From Geobacter metallireducens GS-15 (GTDB lineage: Bacteria > Desulfobacterota > Desulfuromonadia > Geobacterales > Geobacteraceae): a stretch of DNA of 32,000 nucleotides. The stretch lies in assembly GCF_000012925.1 (NCBI RefSeq), contig NC_007517.1, positions 2,490,001-2,522,000 on the forward strand. The letters are read 5' to 3'. The translations under genes were made by a program, and so were the position numbers. This document shows, in pieces, positions 23,938 to 32,000 of this stretch. The notes beneath the pieces were generated by a model. That model made no database searches. It was not told the DNA's origin and saw nothing but the letters and a program-made list of their open reading frames with translations. Positions within the stretch are counted from its first letter, which is position 1; every line of letters begins with the position of its first letter.

Positions 23938-25608
23938 TCAATCGGCGTCTGAAATCCTTCGGATGTGAATGCCGAGCTTGCGCATCCTGGCACGAAGAGT
24001 CGAGTGGTTGATACCGAGTATCAATGCGGCCCCCTTGGGTCCCTCTATACGGCCGTTCGTATCCGCAAGCACCTGCAGGATATGGCTCCGTTCGGCTTCT
24101 TCCAGGGTCAGCCGTGGTGCTGCGGTCTTTTCCGTTACCAAGGAACTCTTCAGGTTATCGAGCAGTTGGAGGGATGGGCCGACGGTATTGATCGCCGCAC
24201 GCTCGATGACGTTTTCCAGTTCCCGCACGTTCCCCGGCCAATCGTAGGCCTGTAAGGACTTCATCACACCTGCGGGAATGCGCCGAATACTCTTCCCCAG
24301 TTTCCGGCCGAATTTGTTCACGAAGAGATTGATGAGCAGGGGGATATCTTCCGTACGCTCACGCAGCGGCGGAACCGTGATGGGAAAGATGTTGAGGCGA
24401 TACCACAGATCCTGACGAAAACGCCCCTTGCGGACCTCTTCCTCCAGGTCCCTGTTGGTGGCGGCAACGATACGGACATCGACCTTTAACGTGCGCGAAC
24501 TGCCCAACCTCTCGAACTCTCCTTCCTGGAGCACCCGGAGGAGTTTCGCCTGGGATTCCAGAGGAAGTTCACCGATCTCGTCGAGAAAGAGGGTATTGCG
24601 GTCGGCAAACTCGAAACGCCCGATCTGCCTCACCTGGGCACTGGTAAACGCACCCTTCTCGTGGCCGAACAACTCGCTCTCTATAAGATTTGCAGGAAGC
24701 GAGGCACAGTTCACCTTAACCATCGGCCGATCTCGACGCTGGCTCGCCGCATGAATCGCCCGGGCAACCAGTTCCTTGCCAGTGCCGGTTTCCCCCAGTA
24801 TGAGGACGGTCGTGTCCGTAAGGGCAATCTGCTGGATCTTGGCCAACACCCGTTTGAGGGGAAGACTCTGGCCGATGATATGATGCACATCGTAGTTCAG
24901 ATCGATCTCCTCCCGCAAATACGTGCAGTCAGCCGCAAGTTCCTCGTTCAGTTCCTTGATCTGCTGAAACGCTTTGCGAATCTGCAGTTCTTTCTGCTTC
25001 CTTACCAGGGCGTTGGCAAAGATTTCCCCCACAAGACGCAACCGTGGCACCAGTTCATCCGGCCAGGAACGGTAGCTCCGGACCGTCGCAAGGGAAAGAG
25101 TCCCGAAGACATGCCCCCCTACCGAGATCGGAACCGACACCTGCGACTTTATGCGCAATGCCAGCAGTGCCGTTATATCAGTCGCCGCCTCCGCCGGCAG
25201 GTCATCCAGATGGGAAAACTGTACGACCTTCCCAAGATGAAACATCTTCGCAAACCAGGGGAAAAGATTATGATCGGGGGCGATAAACCCGGGGTCAGGC
25301 TTTGCGTCATCGTGTATCCACGAATGAAAAACAAGGACGCGGGAACCGTCTTCGGAGAATTGCACCAGGTTGCATCGGTCGGCCCCCAAAAATTCACCAA
25401 GCCTCTGGAGACCAGACTCAATCGTCTTATCCACCTCTTCCACAGGGAGATTGGAATAGACTGAAGATATCTCCGAAAGAAGCATCTCGAATCTCAGACG
25501 TTCTTCCAACGTGCTGCTGTTTGGACCACAAGAAGAACAGTCTACCGGAGGATTGCTCTCTCCCTGCGTCGCACCCCCCCTGTTTCCGCTTCCTCCAGGT
25601 TTCTCCAT
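23938..25608 (-). CDS. sigma-54-dependent transcriptional activator (GAF sensor, AAA+ domain, Fis-type HTH)
   Basis: 556 aa. GAF-like N-terminal region, Walker [24 protein letters not shown] loop, [18 protein letters not shown]-type motif ([11 protein letters not shown]) and C-terminal HTH ([21 protein letters not shown]). GAGGAGG RBS. Confidence 0.9.
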   Translation of the reverse strand: MEKPGGSGNRGGATQGESNPPVDCSSCGPNSSTLEERLRFEMLLSEISSVYSNLPVEEVDKTIESGLQRLGEFLGADRCNLVQFSEDGSRVLVFHSWIHDDAKPDPGFIAPDHNLFPWFAKMFHLGKVVQFSHLDDLPAEAATDITALLALRIKSQVSVPISVGGHVFGTLSLATVRSYRSWPDELVPRLRLVGEIFANALVRKQKELQIRKAFQQIKELNEELAADCTYLREEIDLNYDVHHIIGQSLPLKRVLAKIQQIALTDTTVLILGETGTGKELVARAIHAASQRRDRPMVKVNCASLPANLIESELFGHEKGAFTSAQVRQIGRFEFADRNTLFLDEIGELPLESQAKLLRVLQEGEFERLGSSRTLKVDVRIVAATNRDLEEEVRKGRFRQDLWYRLNIFPITVPPLRERTEDIPLLINLFVNKFGRKLGKSIRRIPAGVMKSLQAYDWPGNVRELENVIERAAINTVGPSLQLLDNLKSSLVTEKTAAPRLTLEEAERSHILQVLADTNGRIEGPKGAALILGINHSTLRARMRKLGIHIRRISDAD

Positions 25609-25689
25609 TCATCGCCTCCTCGGCTAACGACATCGCTGCCACCCACGACAGCGCTTTCCAGCGAAACTTTTCTTTCAATTGTTACACTA

Positions 25690-25755
25690 CTGTTAAATAC
25701 AACAGGAAACAAGCATTATCTTTCTGCGTACCATTAAATGTTGTGACTATAACAT
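25690..25755. promoter_or_regulatory. candidate upstream activator sites (two inverted repeats) for the sigma-54 activator
   Basis: CTGTT-AAATAC-AACAG at 25690..25705 and ATGTT-GTGACTAT-AACAT at 25738..25755. They lie 50-110 bp upstream of the -24/-12 element, in the divergent intergenic region. Confidence 0.35.
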
Positions 25756-25801
25756 AGCAGATTAACGGCTAGTTACAGTTTCTGCTCGCACGATCGGTAT
25801 A

Positions 25802-25816
25802 TGGCACGAAAGCTGC
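25802..25816 (+). promoter_or_regulatory. sigma-54 (-24/-12) promoter
   Basis: TGGCAC-GAAAG-CTGC fits TGGCAC-N5-TTGC with correct GG/GC spacing. It lies about 54 nt upstream of the ATG at 25870 and next to a divergently encoded sigma-54 activator. Confidence 0.7.
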
Positions 25817-25869
25817 GATAATAAATAGAGTGCAGCAGCATCAAAATACAAAAAATGAAAGGATTCATC

Positions 25870-26652
25870 ATGGGATTTCAGGAATTGCTTTACGAGAAAA
25901 CAGAGGGAGTCGGGGTAATCACCCTGAACAGACCAGATCGGCTGAACGCTCTCAACCGCACCATCCTGTTGGAGTTGATCCAGGTGTTGCAGGAAGCGAC
26001 TACCGATAACGAGGTACGGGTTGTACTTATCACCGGCGCGGGAAAAGGGTTCTGTGCCGGGGGTGACCTCAAGGGCCATCCGAGTTTTGAAACATCGGAC
26101 CCGCTGGTTCGCGAGGGATACGTCAAGGAATCCCATCAGGCGATACTCCTTCTGCACCACATGCCTAAGCCAGTTGTCGCAGCGGTCAACGGGGTAGCCG
26201 CCGGGGCGGGGATGAATATCGCTCTATCCTGCGACATCCGGCTTGCTTCCGATACCGCTGTCTTTACCGAATCGTTTATCAAGGCCGGAATCATGACAGA
26301 TATGGGTGGCAGCTACTTCCTTCCCAGAATCGTCGGTGTGGGACGTGCCATTGAAATGATCCTCACTGCCGAGAAGATAGATGCCGCAGAGGCTTGCCGT
26401 ATAGGTCTGGTCAACAAGGTCTTCCCCGACGCAGAATTCAGAACCGCAGCCCTCAGTTATGCGAAGGAACTGGCCAAGGGGCCGAGACAGGCCTACAAAA
26501 TGGCAAAATGGGCCATTTATACAGGATTGCAACTCGACCTGGAGGATGCCTTGAAACACGAAGAACTGGGGCAGGCGCTGCTGATTGGAACTGAGGATTC
26601 GAGCAATGCAATCAAGGCCTTTATTGAAAAACGAACTCCGGTTTTCAAATAG
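25870..26652 (+). CDS. crotonase-superfamily protein lacking both canonical hydratase glutamates (isomerase/other subclass)
   Basis: VGVITLNRPDRLNA N-terminus. It has GAGMNIAL where hydratases have GxGxE(L/I)A, and FTESFIKAG where they have xxPExxxG. I chose the ATG at 25870, which has an AAAGGA RBS at 6-nt spacing. Confidence 0.85.
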   Translation: MGFQELLYEKTEGVGVITLNRPDRLNALNRTILLELIQVLQEATTDNEVRVVLITGAGKGFCAGGDLKGHPSFETSDPLVREGYVKESHQAILLLHHMPKPVVAAVNGVAAGAGMNIALSCDIRLASDTAVFTESFIKAGIMTDMGGSYFLPRIVGVGRAIEMILTAEKIDAAEACRIGLVNKVFPDAEFRTAALSYAKELAKGPRQAYKMAKWAIYTGLQLDLEDALKHEELGQALLIGTEDSSNAIKAFIEKRTPVFK

Positions 26653-26691
26653 GAATAAATTCTAAAGATCTCAAAACAACAGGAGAAAATC

Positions 26692-28302
26692 ATGATAATC
26701 AAGAACTTACCAAAGAAATGCGATATTTTAATCATTGGTTCGGGTGCGGCCGGACTTACGTTTGCGCTCGCCGTAAAAAAGTTTAAACCGAATTTGCACG
26801 TTCACGTGGTGGAAAAGACCGAGAGTGTCGGCGGGTGTACGGCATACAGCGGCGGAGGAGTCTGGCTCCCCGGCCACCGGTTCATGGCAGACCCTTCCCA
26901 GGACACCGAAGCGGCCCGCCGGTATGTCAAAAATGTTTACCCGGAGATTGACGAAAAATGCCTCGAAGGATTCCTTGCTGATGCACCAAACCTGTTGGAT
27001 TTTTGGATCGCCAATGGTGTCGAGATGGAGAAATCCATCGGCTACCCCGATTACTACATGGAGAAGGAAGGCTCCGCCAGGGAGAGATCGGTTTTCCCCG
27101 GAGTCTACAAGGGGCCAAAGAAATACCGCTCCCTGGTCCGCAAAACCCCCGCCTATTATGTCCCCTTTACCCTTAATGAGGCTATGACCTGGGGTGTGCA
27201 CCGTTTCGGGCACTGGAACAAGACTCTGTTGACCAAACGAGCCGTTGCCGGACATATGACCATGGGAAAGGCATTCATTGCTTTCCTGCTGGAGGCGTGC
27301 ATCGAGGCCGGTGTTGATCTCTCCCTCAACAGCACTACCGAAAGGCTGGAAATAGAGAATGGCACCGTGACCGGGGCGATAATAAACGGTCAGCGGATAA
27401 CGGCGCCGGTAGTCATGATGGCAAACGGCGGTTTCTCCCACAACCCTGAACTGATGAAGCGGATCGACGCCGAGAGACCCATTCTCTCCGTAGCCCCCGA
27501 GGAGTGCGATACCGGCAACGGAGGGCTGGGCCTTGCACTGGAAGCCGGGCTCAAGATCGGCAATCCGTACTGCTGGTGGTCACCTGTCTTCAAAACCTAC
27601 GATGACCGGATCGAGGAAAAACCGGGACCGGATCTCTGGGCCTATCACAGTGCTCTCTATGACCGTTGCTGGCCTGGAGGCATCATGGTCGATGGCAACG
27701 GCAAACGGTTTACCAATGAATCAGCCTGTTACAATACTGTCGGCGGAGTGCTTGCCCAGGGAAAGGATCCGGCACTTAACAACGTATGGCTCATCTGGGG
27801 CGACTACTACGTCAAAAACTACGTCAGGGGAATCGTCTCTTACCTGCAACCTGCCAAGAGCTACATGAACAAATCAAAGACACTCGAAGATCTGGCGGAC
27901 AAAATCGGAATCCCTGCGGCAAACCTCAGGGAAACGGTGGAGCATTGGAACTCCATGGCAGGAAAGCAAAAAGACGACGATTTCCACCGGGGAGAGAGTC
28001 CGTACGACAATTATATGGGAGACAAGTTCAGAAACGGCCACCCCAATATCGAGAAGGTCGAAGGGCCATACCAGGCGGTGCGGATGCATGCTGGTACGCT
28101 CGGAACGAAGATGGGGCCGATCACCGATGAGTACGGTCGCACTCAGCTGGAAAACGGCCAATTCGTGACCGGACTCTACGCCTCGGGAAACGCTGCCGCT
28201 TCCTTCTTCGGGAACTTCTACCCCGGCGCCGGCGCAACCCTGGGACAGGGGTGCGTCTTAGCGTATCGTGCCGCGCGTCATGCCTGCGGCCAAGGGGATT
28301 GA
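26692..28302 (+). CDS. FAD-dependent dehydrogenase (FAD_binding_2; 3-ketosteroid delta1-dehydrogenase / fumarate reductase flavoprotein-like)
   Basis: CDILIIGSGAAGLTFALAV (GxGxxG), VEKTESVGGCTAYSGGGVW, and C-terminal GLYASGNAAASFFGNFYPGAGATLGQG. AGGAG RBS. Confidence 0.85.
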   Translation: MIIKNLPKKCDILIIGSGAAGLTFALAVKKFKPNLHVHVVEKTESVGGCTAYSGGGVWLPGHRFMADPSQDTEAARRYVKNVYPEIDEKCLEGFLADAPNLLDFWIANGVEMEKSIGYPDYYMEKEGSARERSVFPGVYKGPKKYRSLVRKTPAYYVPFTLNEAMTWGVHRFGHWNKTLLTKRAVAGHMTMGKAFIAFLLEACIEAGVDLSLNSTTERLEIENGTVTGAIINGQRITAPVVMMANGGFSHNPELMKRIDAERPILSVAPEECDTGNGGLGLALEAGLKIGNPYCWWSPVFKTYDDRIEEKPGPDLWAYHSALYDRCWPGGIMVDGNGKRFTNESACYNTVGGVLAQGKDPALNNVWLIWGDYYVKNYVRGIVSYLQPAKSYMNKSKTLEDLADKIGIPAANLRETVEHWNSMAGKQKDDDFHRGESPYDNYMGDKFRNGHPNIEKVEGPYQAVRMHAGTLGTKMGPITDEYGRTQLENGQFVTGLYASGNAAASFFGNFYPGAGATLGQGCVLAYRAARHACGQGD

Positions 28303-28350
28303 AACCACTGGGCCGCAAATTTTATAAACCGATGATAACAGGAGGAACAG

Positions 28351-29136
28351 ATGGGAAAACTCGCCGGAAAGGTGGCAATTATTACCGGTGGATCGCGCGG
28401 CATGGGTCGGGCTACTGTCGAGGTTTTCACTAAAGAAGGCGCCAGGGTAATCATCGCAGATGTTCTTGATGCCGAAGGAACGGCACTGGCACAAGAGATG
28501 GGAGACGGCGCAATTTACCGCCATCTTGACGTATCAGACGAAAGGGGATGGGGAGATGTGGCAAGAAGTGCGATAGATTCATTCGGCCGCATCGACATAC
28601 TTGTCAATAACGCCGCCATCTTTTTATACGCATTAATTGACGAAACCAGGAGCGAAGCCTTCAGGCGGTTACTCGACATCAACGTTATCGGCCCTTACCT
28701 TGGAATGAAAACGGTAATCCCGATCATGAAAAAACAGCGGTCAGGGTCCATCGTCAATGTCTCATCCACGGACGGTCTGCGCGGGTCCTGCGGCATGGGG
28801 GCCTACAATGCCAGCAAGTGGGGGGTCCGTGGCCTTACCAAGTGTGTAGCCATGGAAGTGGGCCCCTTCGGTATCAGGGTCAATTCACTCCATCCCGGCA
28901 CAGTCGATACACCGATGTTCAATCCGCACGGGCTGGACAGGGATGCCCTCAATGCAAGTTTCGGCAAACAGTTCCCCGGAGTCTCCCTGAGCCGGGTTGG
29001 CGATCCTTCGGAAATAGCCCGCGCCAGCCTCTTTCTGGCCAGCGACGACGCTTCTTACGTTTCCGGGGCGGAGCTGGCTGTGGACGGTGCCTGGACCTGC
29101 GGCGTCTACCTCCAAGAGAAACCGGAACCTAATTAA
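28351..29136 (+). CDS. short-chain dehydrogenase/reductase (3-alpha/20-beta-hydroxysteroid dehydrogenase-like)
   Basis: KVAIITGGSRGMGRATVEVFTKEGARVIIADV, NNAA, Ser...YNASK, PGTVDTPM. GGAGGA RBS. Confidence 0.9.
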   Translation: MGKLAGKVAIITGGSRGMGRATVEVFTKEGARVIIADVLDAEGTALAQEMGDGAIYRHLDVSDERGWGDVARSAIDSFGRIDILVNNAAIFLYALIDETRSEAFRRLLDINVIGPYLGMKTVIPIMKKQRSGSIVNVSSTDGLRGSCGMGAYNASKWGVRGLTKCVAMEVGPFGIRVNSLHPGTVDTPMFNPHGLDRDALNASFGKQFPGVSLSRVGDPSEIARASLFLASDDASYVSGAELAVDGAWTCGVYLQEKPEPN

Positions 29137-29142
29137 AAACAA

Positions 29143-29184
29143 TTGGCAACTGGATGGGGAGCATGCCACTCCCCCAGTTGCCAA
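29143..29184. terminator. bidirectional stem-loop terminator between convergent genes
   Basis: TTGGCAACTGGATGGGGAG-CATGCCA-CTCCCCCAGTTGCCAA forms a stem of about 17 bp with one bulge. It lies in the 60-bp gap between the stops at 29136 (plus) and 29197 (minus). The minus-strand side has a T-rich flank (TTGTTTTTAATT). Confidence 0.6.
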
Positions 29185-29196
29185 TCCCGCCTTTGT

Positions 29197-31872
29197 TCAC
29201 CGCATGCCAGTAAGCAGCTGACGAATTTTTTCACTCTGATTTGCTTCGTGACGCATATGGCTCCAAAGCAGCGATTCCACAGTTCCCTCCCCCAGATCCG
29301 GATGCCGGCAGCACTGAGCCAACGACTCCTGCGAAAGCCCTGCAACAAGCTGAAGCATTTCCTGACACAATGCCCGTTTATCATCTATCAGCTTATCCAG
29401 CAATTGAACCGCCAAGGTTTCCTCCGGCCTGAACGTAGCGACGTTTCCGTCAGCTACCATAACGCCCGACACGTTCCGTAGCCACTCCCGACTCTGAGCA
29501 CCAGTCCGGGATATCTCTACAAGGCTGCTCCATAAAGCGAAACGACTGTCGCTGCCGAGACGTTCTAAAAATCCGGAATCGAGATGCCCCACTAACCGCT
29601 CCAGATCGTCAGCCAGGGCCTGAAGTCCGGCCAGGATGTCGGCCCTGCCCAGGGCGGGATGGCCTGCAGGAGCGATCCGGCAGCGTCCACCACGCAGTGG
29701 CTGGTCTCCGGCAAAACTGCACAAGCCGATGTCGGTAGGAGTAATTGCATTTGCATTGGCCTCCCAGAGACCTGACAACCCGGGCTCTCCCGGCTCCCGC
29801 TCCGGGTACCACCAATACCCCTCAGGTTGAACCGTATCAGGTCGGATTTTGTCGGTCAGGAGAGCCTTCTGACGGATGCGCCCTTCAGGACGTTCGATGA
29901 TCACCCACTCTCCATCATTGATACCATGACGGGCTGCTGTCTCAGGATGAATCCAGACGGGTGGATCGGGACAATGCTTGCGCAGGGCCTCGATCTGATG
30001 GAGGTTGGACCCCATGAAATAGCGGGTACGATTCCCTGCTATCATGTGATAGGGGTAAAGGGCCGGGTCGTCCACTTCCGGCGTGCTGTAGGGTGGCCCC
30101 TCGTAGACAGGGAGAGCTTCAATACCTGCCCTTTCAAACATGGTCGGTAACAGCTCTACCTTTCCCGACGGGGTGGCAAACCCCTGTTGTTCGTGTTTTT
30201 TGTGCATGAGACGGGGAGCCTGGTAATTCCGCTCCTCTTTGGTCCACTGGGCAAAGGAACGCCCCGACGGAGCGAGGAACAGGTTGAGCATCCCTTCCAG
30301 GTCTGCCGGCCATCGGTCTTCCTGTCCCAGCCTCTTGCCAAGTCCTTTCCAGAGTTCATAATCGTTGCGCCGCTCAAAGAGAGGCTCCACCGCCTGCTCC
30401 CCGCACACGAAGAGGTGGGTCAACCCCCAGTGCATGCTGATGTCAGGCCGTTCCAGATAGTGGGCCGCGGGGAGAACATAATCAGACAGCTGGGCTGTAG
30501 GGGTCATGAACAGATCCATAGTCACCAGCAGATCAAGATTGGGGCTCGTGAACGCATCATGGGCAGCCCGTGCTCCCCCCATGGAGAGGAGCGGCTCTCC
30601 GTTCTGGACGATGACGGCCTTTACCGGATAGGGCTCTTCTGCAAGTACAGCGCGATAGATGGCGTTCTGGTTGGCAAACAGCATGTAGGCGGCCGCGTTG
30701 TGCCCCTTGGGGTGGAGACGGGCCTGGGTTTCGCGGAAGCGTTTGTATGCCTCGACGCCGATAATGGGGAACTCGGCGGAGCCAAGGGTATCCCGTGTGC
30801 GCAGGGGGTGATGCACCAGGGCATCCCAATGAATGTTGTCCAGCCAGGCGAACTGTCCCTCATCGTATTTCATGGCCAGGGGGTCGCCTCCCAGCACATC
30901 GAGATTGCCGGAGATTGCAACAAGAATCGCCCGCACAAGGGTGGCTGTACGACTGGCACCTTGACCAGCCTGCACCAATGCTACTCCGGGCACAAGACGG
31001 GCAGGACGCACTGTGCCGTACAAACGGGCCACCTCCTCGATCATCTCAACCGGAATTCCGCAGATTGCAGCGACCCGCTCCGGCGGATACTGCTCAATCA
31101 CTTCCCGGGCCTCATCAAACCCTTGGCAATATGCAGCAACAAACTCCCGATCATAGAGCCCTTCACGAAGCATGACATGGGCGATACCCAGAGCCAGGGC
31201 CCCGTCAGTGCGTGGCCGGACCGGTACCCATATATCGGCAATTTCCGCCACACGGGTCTTGCGCGGATCAACGACCACTATTTTCATTCCTTGCTTCTTT
31301 CCCTGGATAAGCCGTTCCATCACCGTAGTACCTGATTCCGCGGGATTAGACCCCCAGATCAAGGCAAGCATGGTCTTACCCGGATGGACAGCCGCATACA
31401 TCGTGTCATAACCATAAACCGAACTCTCGGCGAGAATATGCCCTACCCCGCAGTTACGCCCCTGGTTAACGAAATTGGGAGTACCGAACAGGTTGCAGAA
31501 CCGCCAGGAGGACCAATCGCCCGGCCCCTTGTGGGTACCACCGAGGGTGGCCAGCATTTCGGGTCCGAACTGGTCGCGCAGAGATGACAACTTTGCCGCG
31601 ATCTCGTCCAGAGCCTGCTCCCAACTGATCTGTTCCCATTTCATCTCGCCACGCGCCCCGATCCGCTTAAGTGGATAATTGAGGCGGCCCGGATGTTCAT
31701 GAAGATCGAGGACACGTGGCCCCTTGACACACAAGCTCCCACTGCCGATGGGGCTCGTGGGATCACCCTTTACAGCAACGGGTCGTCCGTCCTTCACGGT
31801 AACGAGAACACCGCAATGTTGCGGGCAAATTGTACAGAAAGTGCGCTTTGTACAACTGTTACTTTCAGTCAT
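29197..31872 (-). CDS. molybdopterin/tungstopterin (bis-PGD, DMSO-reductase family) catalytic subunit with a C-terminal DinB/YfiT-like domain of about 155 aa
   Basis: 891 aa from the ATG at 31872 (AAGAGG RBS). N-terminal FeS motif FCTICPQHCG...SLCVKG. ISWEQALDEIA, VVVDPRKTRVAEIADIWVPVRPRTDGAL, FMTPTAQLSDYVLPAAHYLERPD, ATPSGKVEL and a barrel domain (VWIHPETAARHGINDGEWV). It resembles the acetylene hydratase/polysulfide reductase branch. There is no twin-arginine signal. The last 155 aa (29200..29664) contain RHPDLGEGTVESLLWSHMRHE. Confidence 0.85.
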   Translation of the reverse strand: MTESNSCTKRTFCTICPQHCGVLVTVKDGRPVAVKGDPTSPIGSGSLCVKGPRVLDLHEHPGRLNYPLKRIGARGEMKWEQISWEQALDEIAAKLSSLRDQFGPEMLATLGGTHKGPGDWSSWRFCNLFGTPNFVNQGRNCGVGHILAESSVYGYDTMYAAVHPGKTMLALIWGSNPAESGTTVMERLIQGKKQGMKIVVVDPRKTRVAEIADIWVPVRPRTDGALALGIAHVMLREGLYDREFVAAYCQGFDEAREVIEQYPPERVAAICGIPVEMIEEVARLYGTVRPARLVPGVALVQAGQGASRTATLVRAILVAISGNLDVLGGDPLAMKYDEGQFAWLDNIHWDALVHHPLRTRDTLGSAEFPIIGVEAYKRFRETQARLHPKGHNAAAYMLFANQNAIYRAVLAEEPYPVKAVIVQNGEPLLSMGGARAAHDAFTSPNLDLLVTMDLFMTPTAQLSDYVLPAAHYLERPDISMHWGLTHLFVCGEQAVEPLFERRNDYELWKGLGKRLGQEDRWPADLEGMLNLFLAPSGRSFAQWTKEERNYQAPRLMHKKHEQQGFATPSGKVELLPTMFERAGIEALPVYEGPPYSTPEVDDPALYPYHMIAGNRTRYFMGSNLHQIEALRKHCPDPPVWIHPETAARHGINDGEWVIIERPEGRIRQKALLTDKIRPDTVQPEGYWWYPEREPGEPGLSGLWEANANAITPTDIGLCSFAGDQPLRGGRCRIAPAGHPALGRADILAGLQALADDLERLVGHLDSGFLERLGSDSRFALWSSLVEISRTGAQSREWLRNVSGVMVADGNVATFRPEETLAVQLLDKLIDDKRALCQEMLQLVAGLSQESLAQCCRHPDLGEGTVESLLWSHMRHEANQSEKIRQLLTGMR

Positions 31873-31946
31873 TATTAGGCCTCTTTCTTTGGGGTAGTTA
31901 CTTCTCGTACCACAGGCCGGCATCATTCAGTAGAAGGAATTGCGCG

Positions 31947-31976
31947 ATTATATATTTTGGGCAAGGCAACGGTGAA
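31947..31976 (-). promoter_or_regulatory. candidate sigma-70 promoter (TTCACC-18-TATAAT) for the Mo/W enzyme gene
   Basis: The minus strand reads TTCACC gttgccttgcccaaaata TATAAT, about 75 nt upstream of the ATG at 31872. This is sequence resemblance only. Confidence 0.25.
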
Positions 31977-32000
31977 CGCCTCCGGTACAGGGGAAATCTG

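Noticed and set aside
1-32000. Mobile elements, CRISPR arrays, tRNA/rRNA genes, toxin-antitoxin or defence systems
   Set aside because: I saw no transposase, integrase or recombinase-like ORF, no terminal inverted repeats flanking the island, no regularly spaced direct repeats and no cloverleaf-like tRNA sequence. The two adenine-deaminase-like copies are diverged paralogs, not repeat elements.

Overview
The window is densely coded (about 57-60% GC by eye). I saw no rRNA, tRNA, CRISPR array or transposase. It reads as an anaerobe-type acyl-CoA catabolic island (Desulfobacterota/Syntrophia-like is only a guess from enzyme content).

(1) 779-17501, minus strand: a long gene train. In transcription order it encodes:
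- a near-canonical 4-hydroxybutyryl-CoA dehydratase (AbfD) homolog
- a 104-aa Cys-rich protein
- a thiolase
- a crotonase
- a long acyl-CoA dehydrogenase
- a MeaB-type G-protein chaperone
- a very divergent B12 acyl-CoA mutase, split into large and small subunits
- a crotonase
- an SDR
- a fused family-I CoA-transferase
- a crotonase
- a 3-hydroxyacyl-CoA dehydrogenase
- after a terminator, an OYE/FeS/FAD dienoyl-CoA-reductase-like enzyme
- the start of an adenine-deaminase-family amidohydrolase that runs off the left edge

(2) 17844-20571, minus strand: a TetR regulator, an SDR and an amidohydrolase_2 protein. A roughly 20-bp dyad, TATACCGAAC-GTTTGGTATA, recurs three times. Each copy sits in or beside a promoter, which suggests a TetR regulon.

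(3) 20765-23777, plus strand: a decay zone. It holds a second adenine-deaminase-like paralog with a frameshift, an alcohol dehydrogenase N-terminal stub with two nonsense codons fused to an SDR C-terminal stub, and an alpha/beta-hydrolase with three frame changes.

(4) 23938-29136: a GAF/AAA+/HTH sigma-54 activator lies divergent from a clear -24/-12 promoter. That promoter drives an atypical crotonase, a KstD-like FAD dehydrogenase and an SDR.

(5) 29197-31872, minus strand: a stand-alone cytoplasmic Mo/W bis-PGD enzyme with a C-terminal DinB/YfiT-like domain.

The most interesting lead is the mutase plus AbfD operon. By-eye alignment puts Val/Gln/Gly at the MCM Tyr89/Arg207/His244 positions. 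The gene content fits a speculative isobutyrate/methacrylate-type route through a hydroxyacyl-CoA skeleton rearrangement into the 4-hydroxybutyryl-CoA pathway.

All family calls come from motif recognition by eye. No database search was possible.
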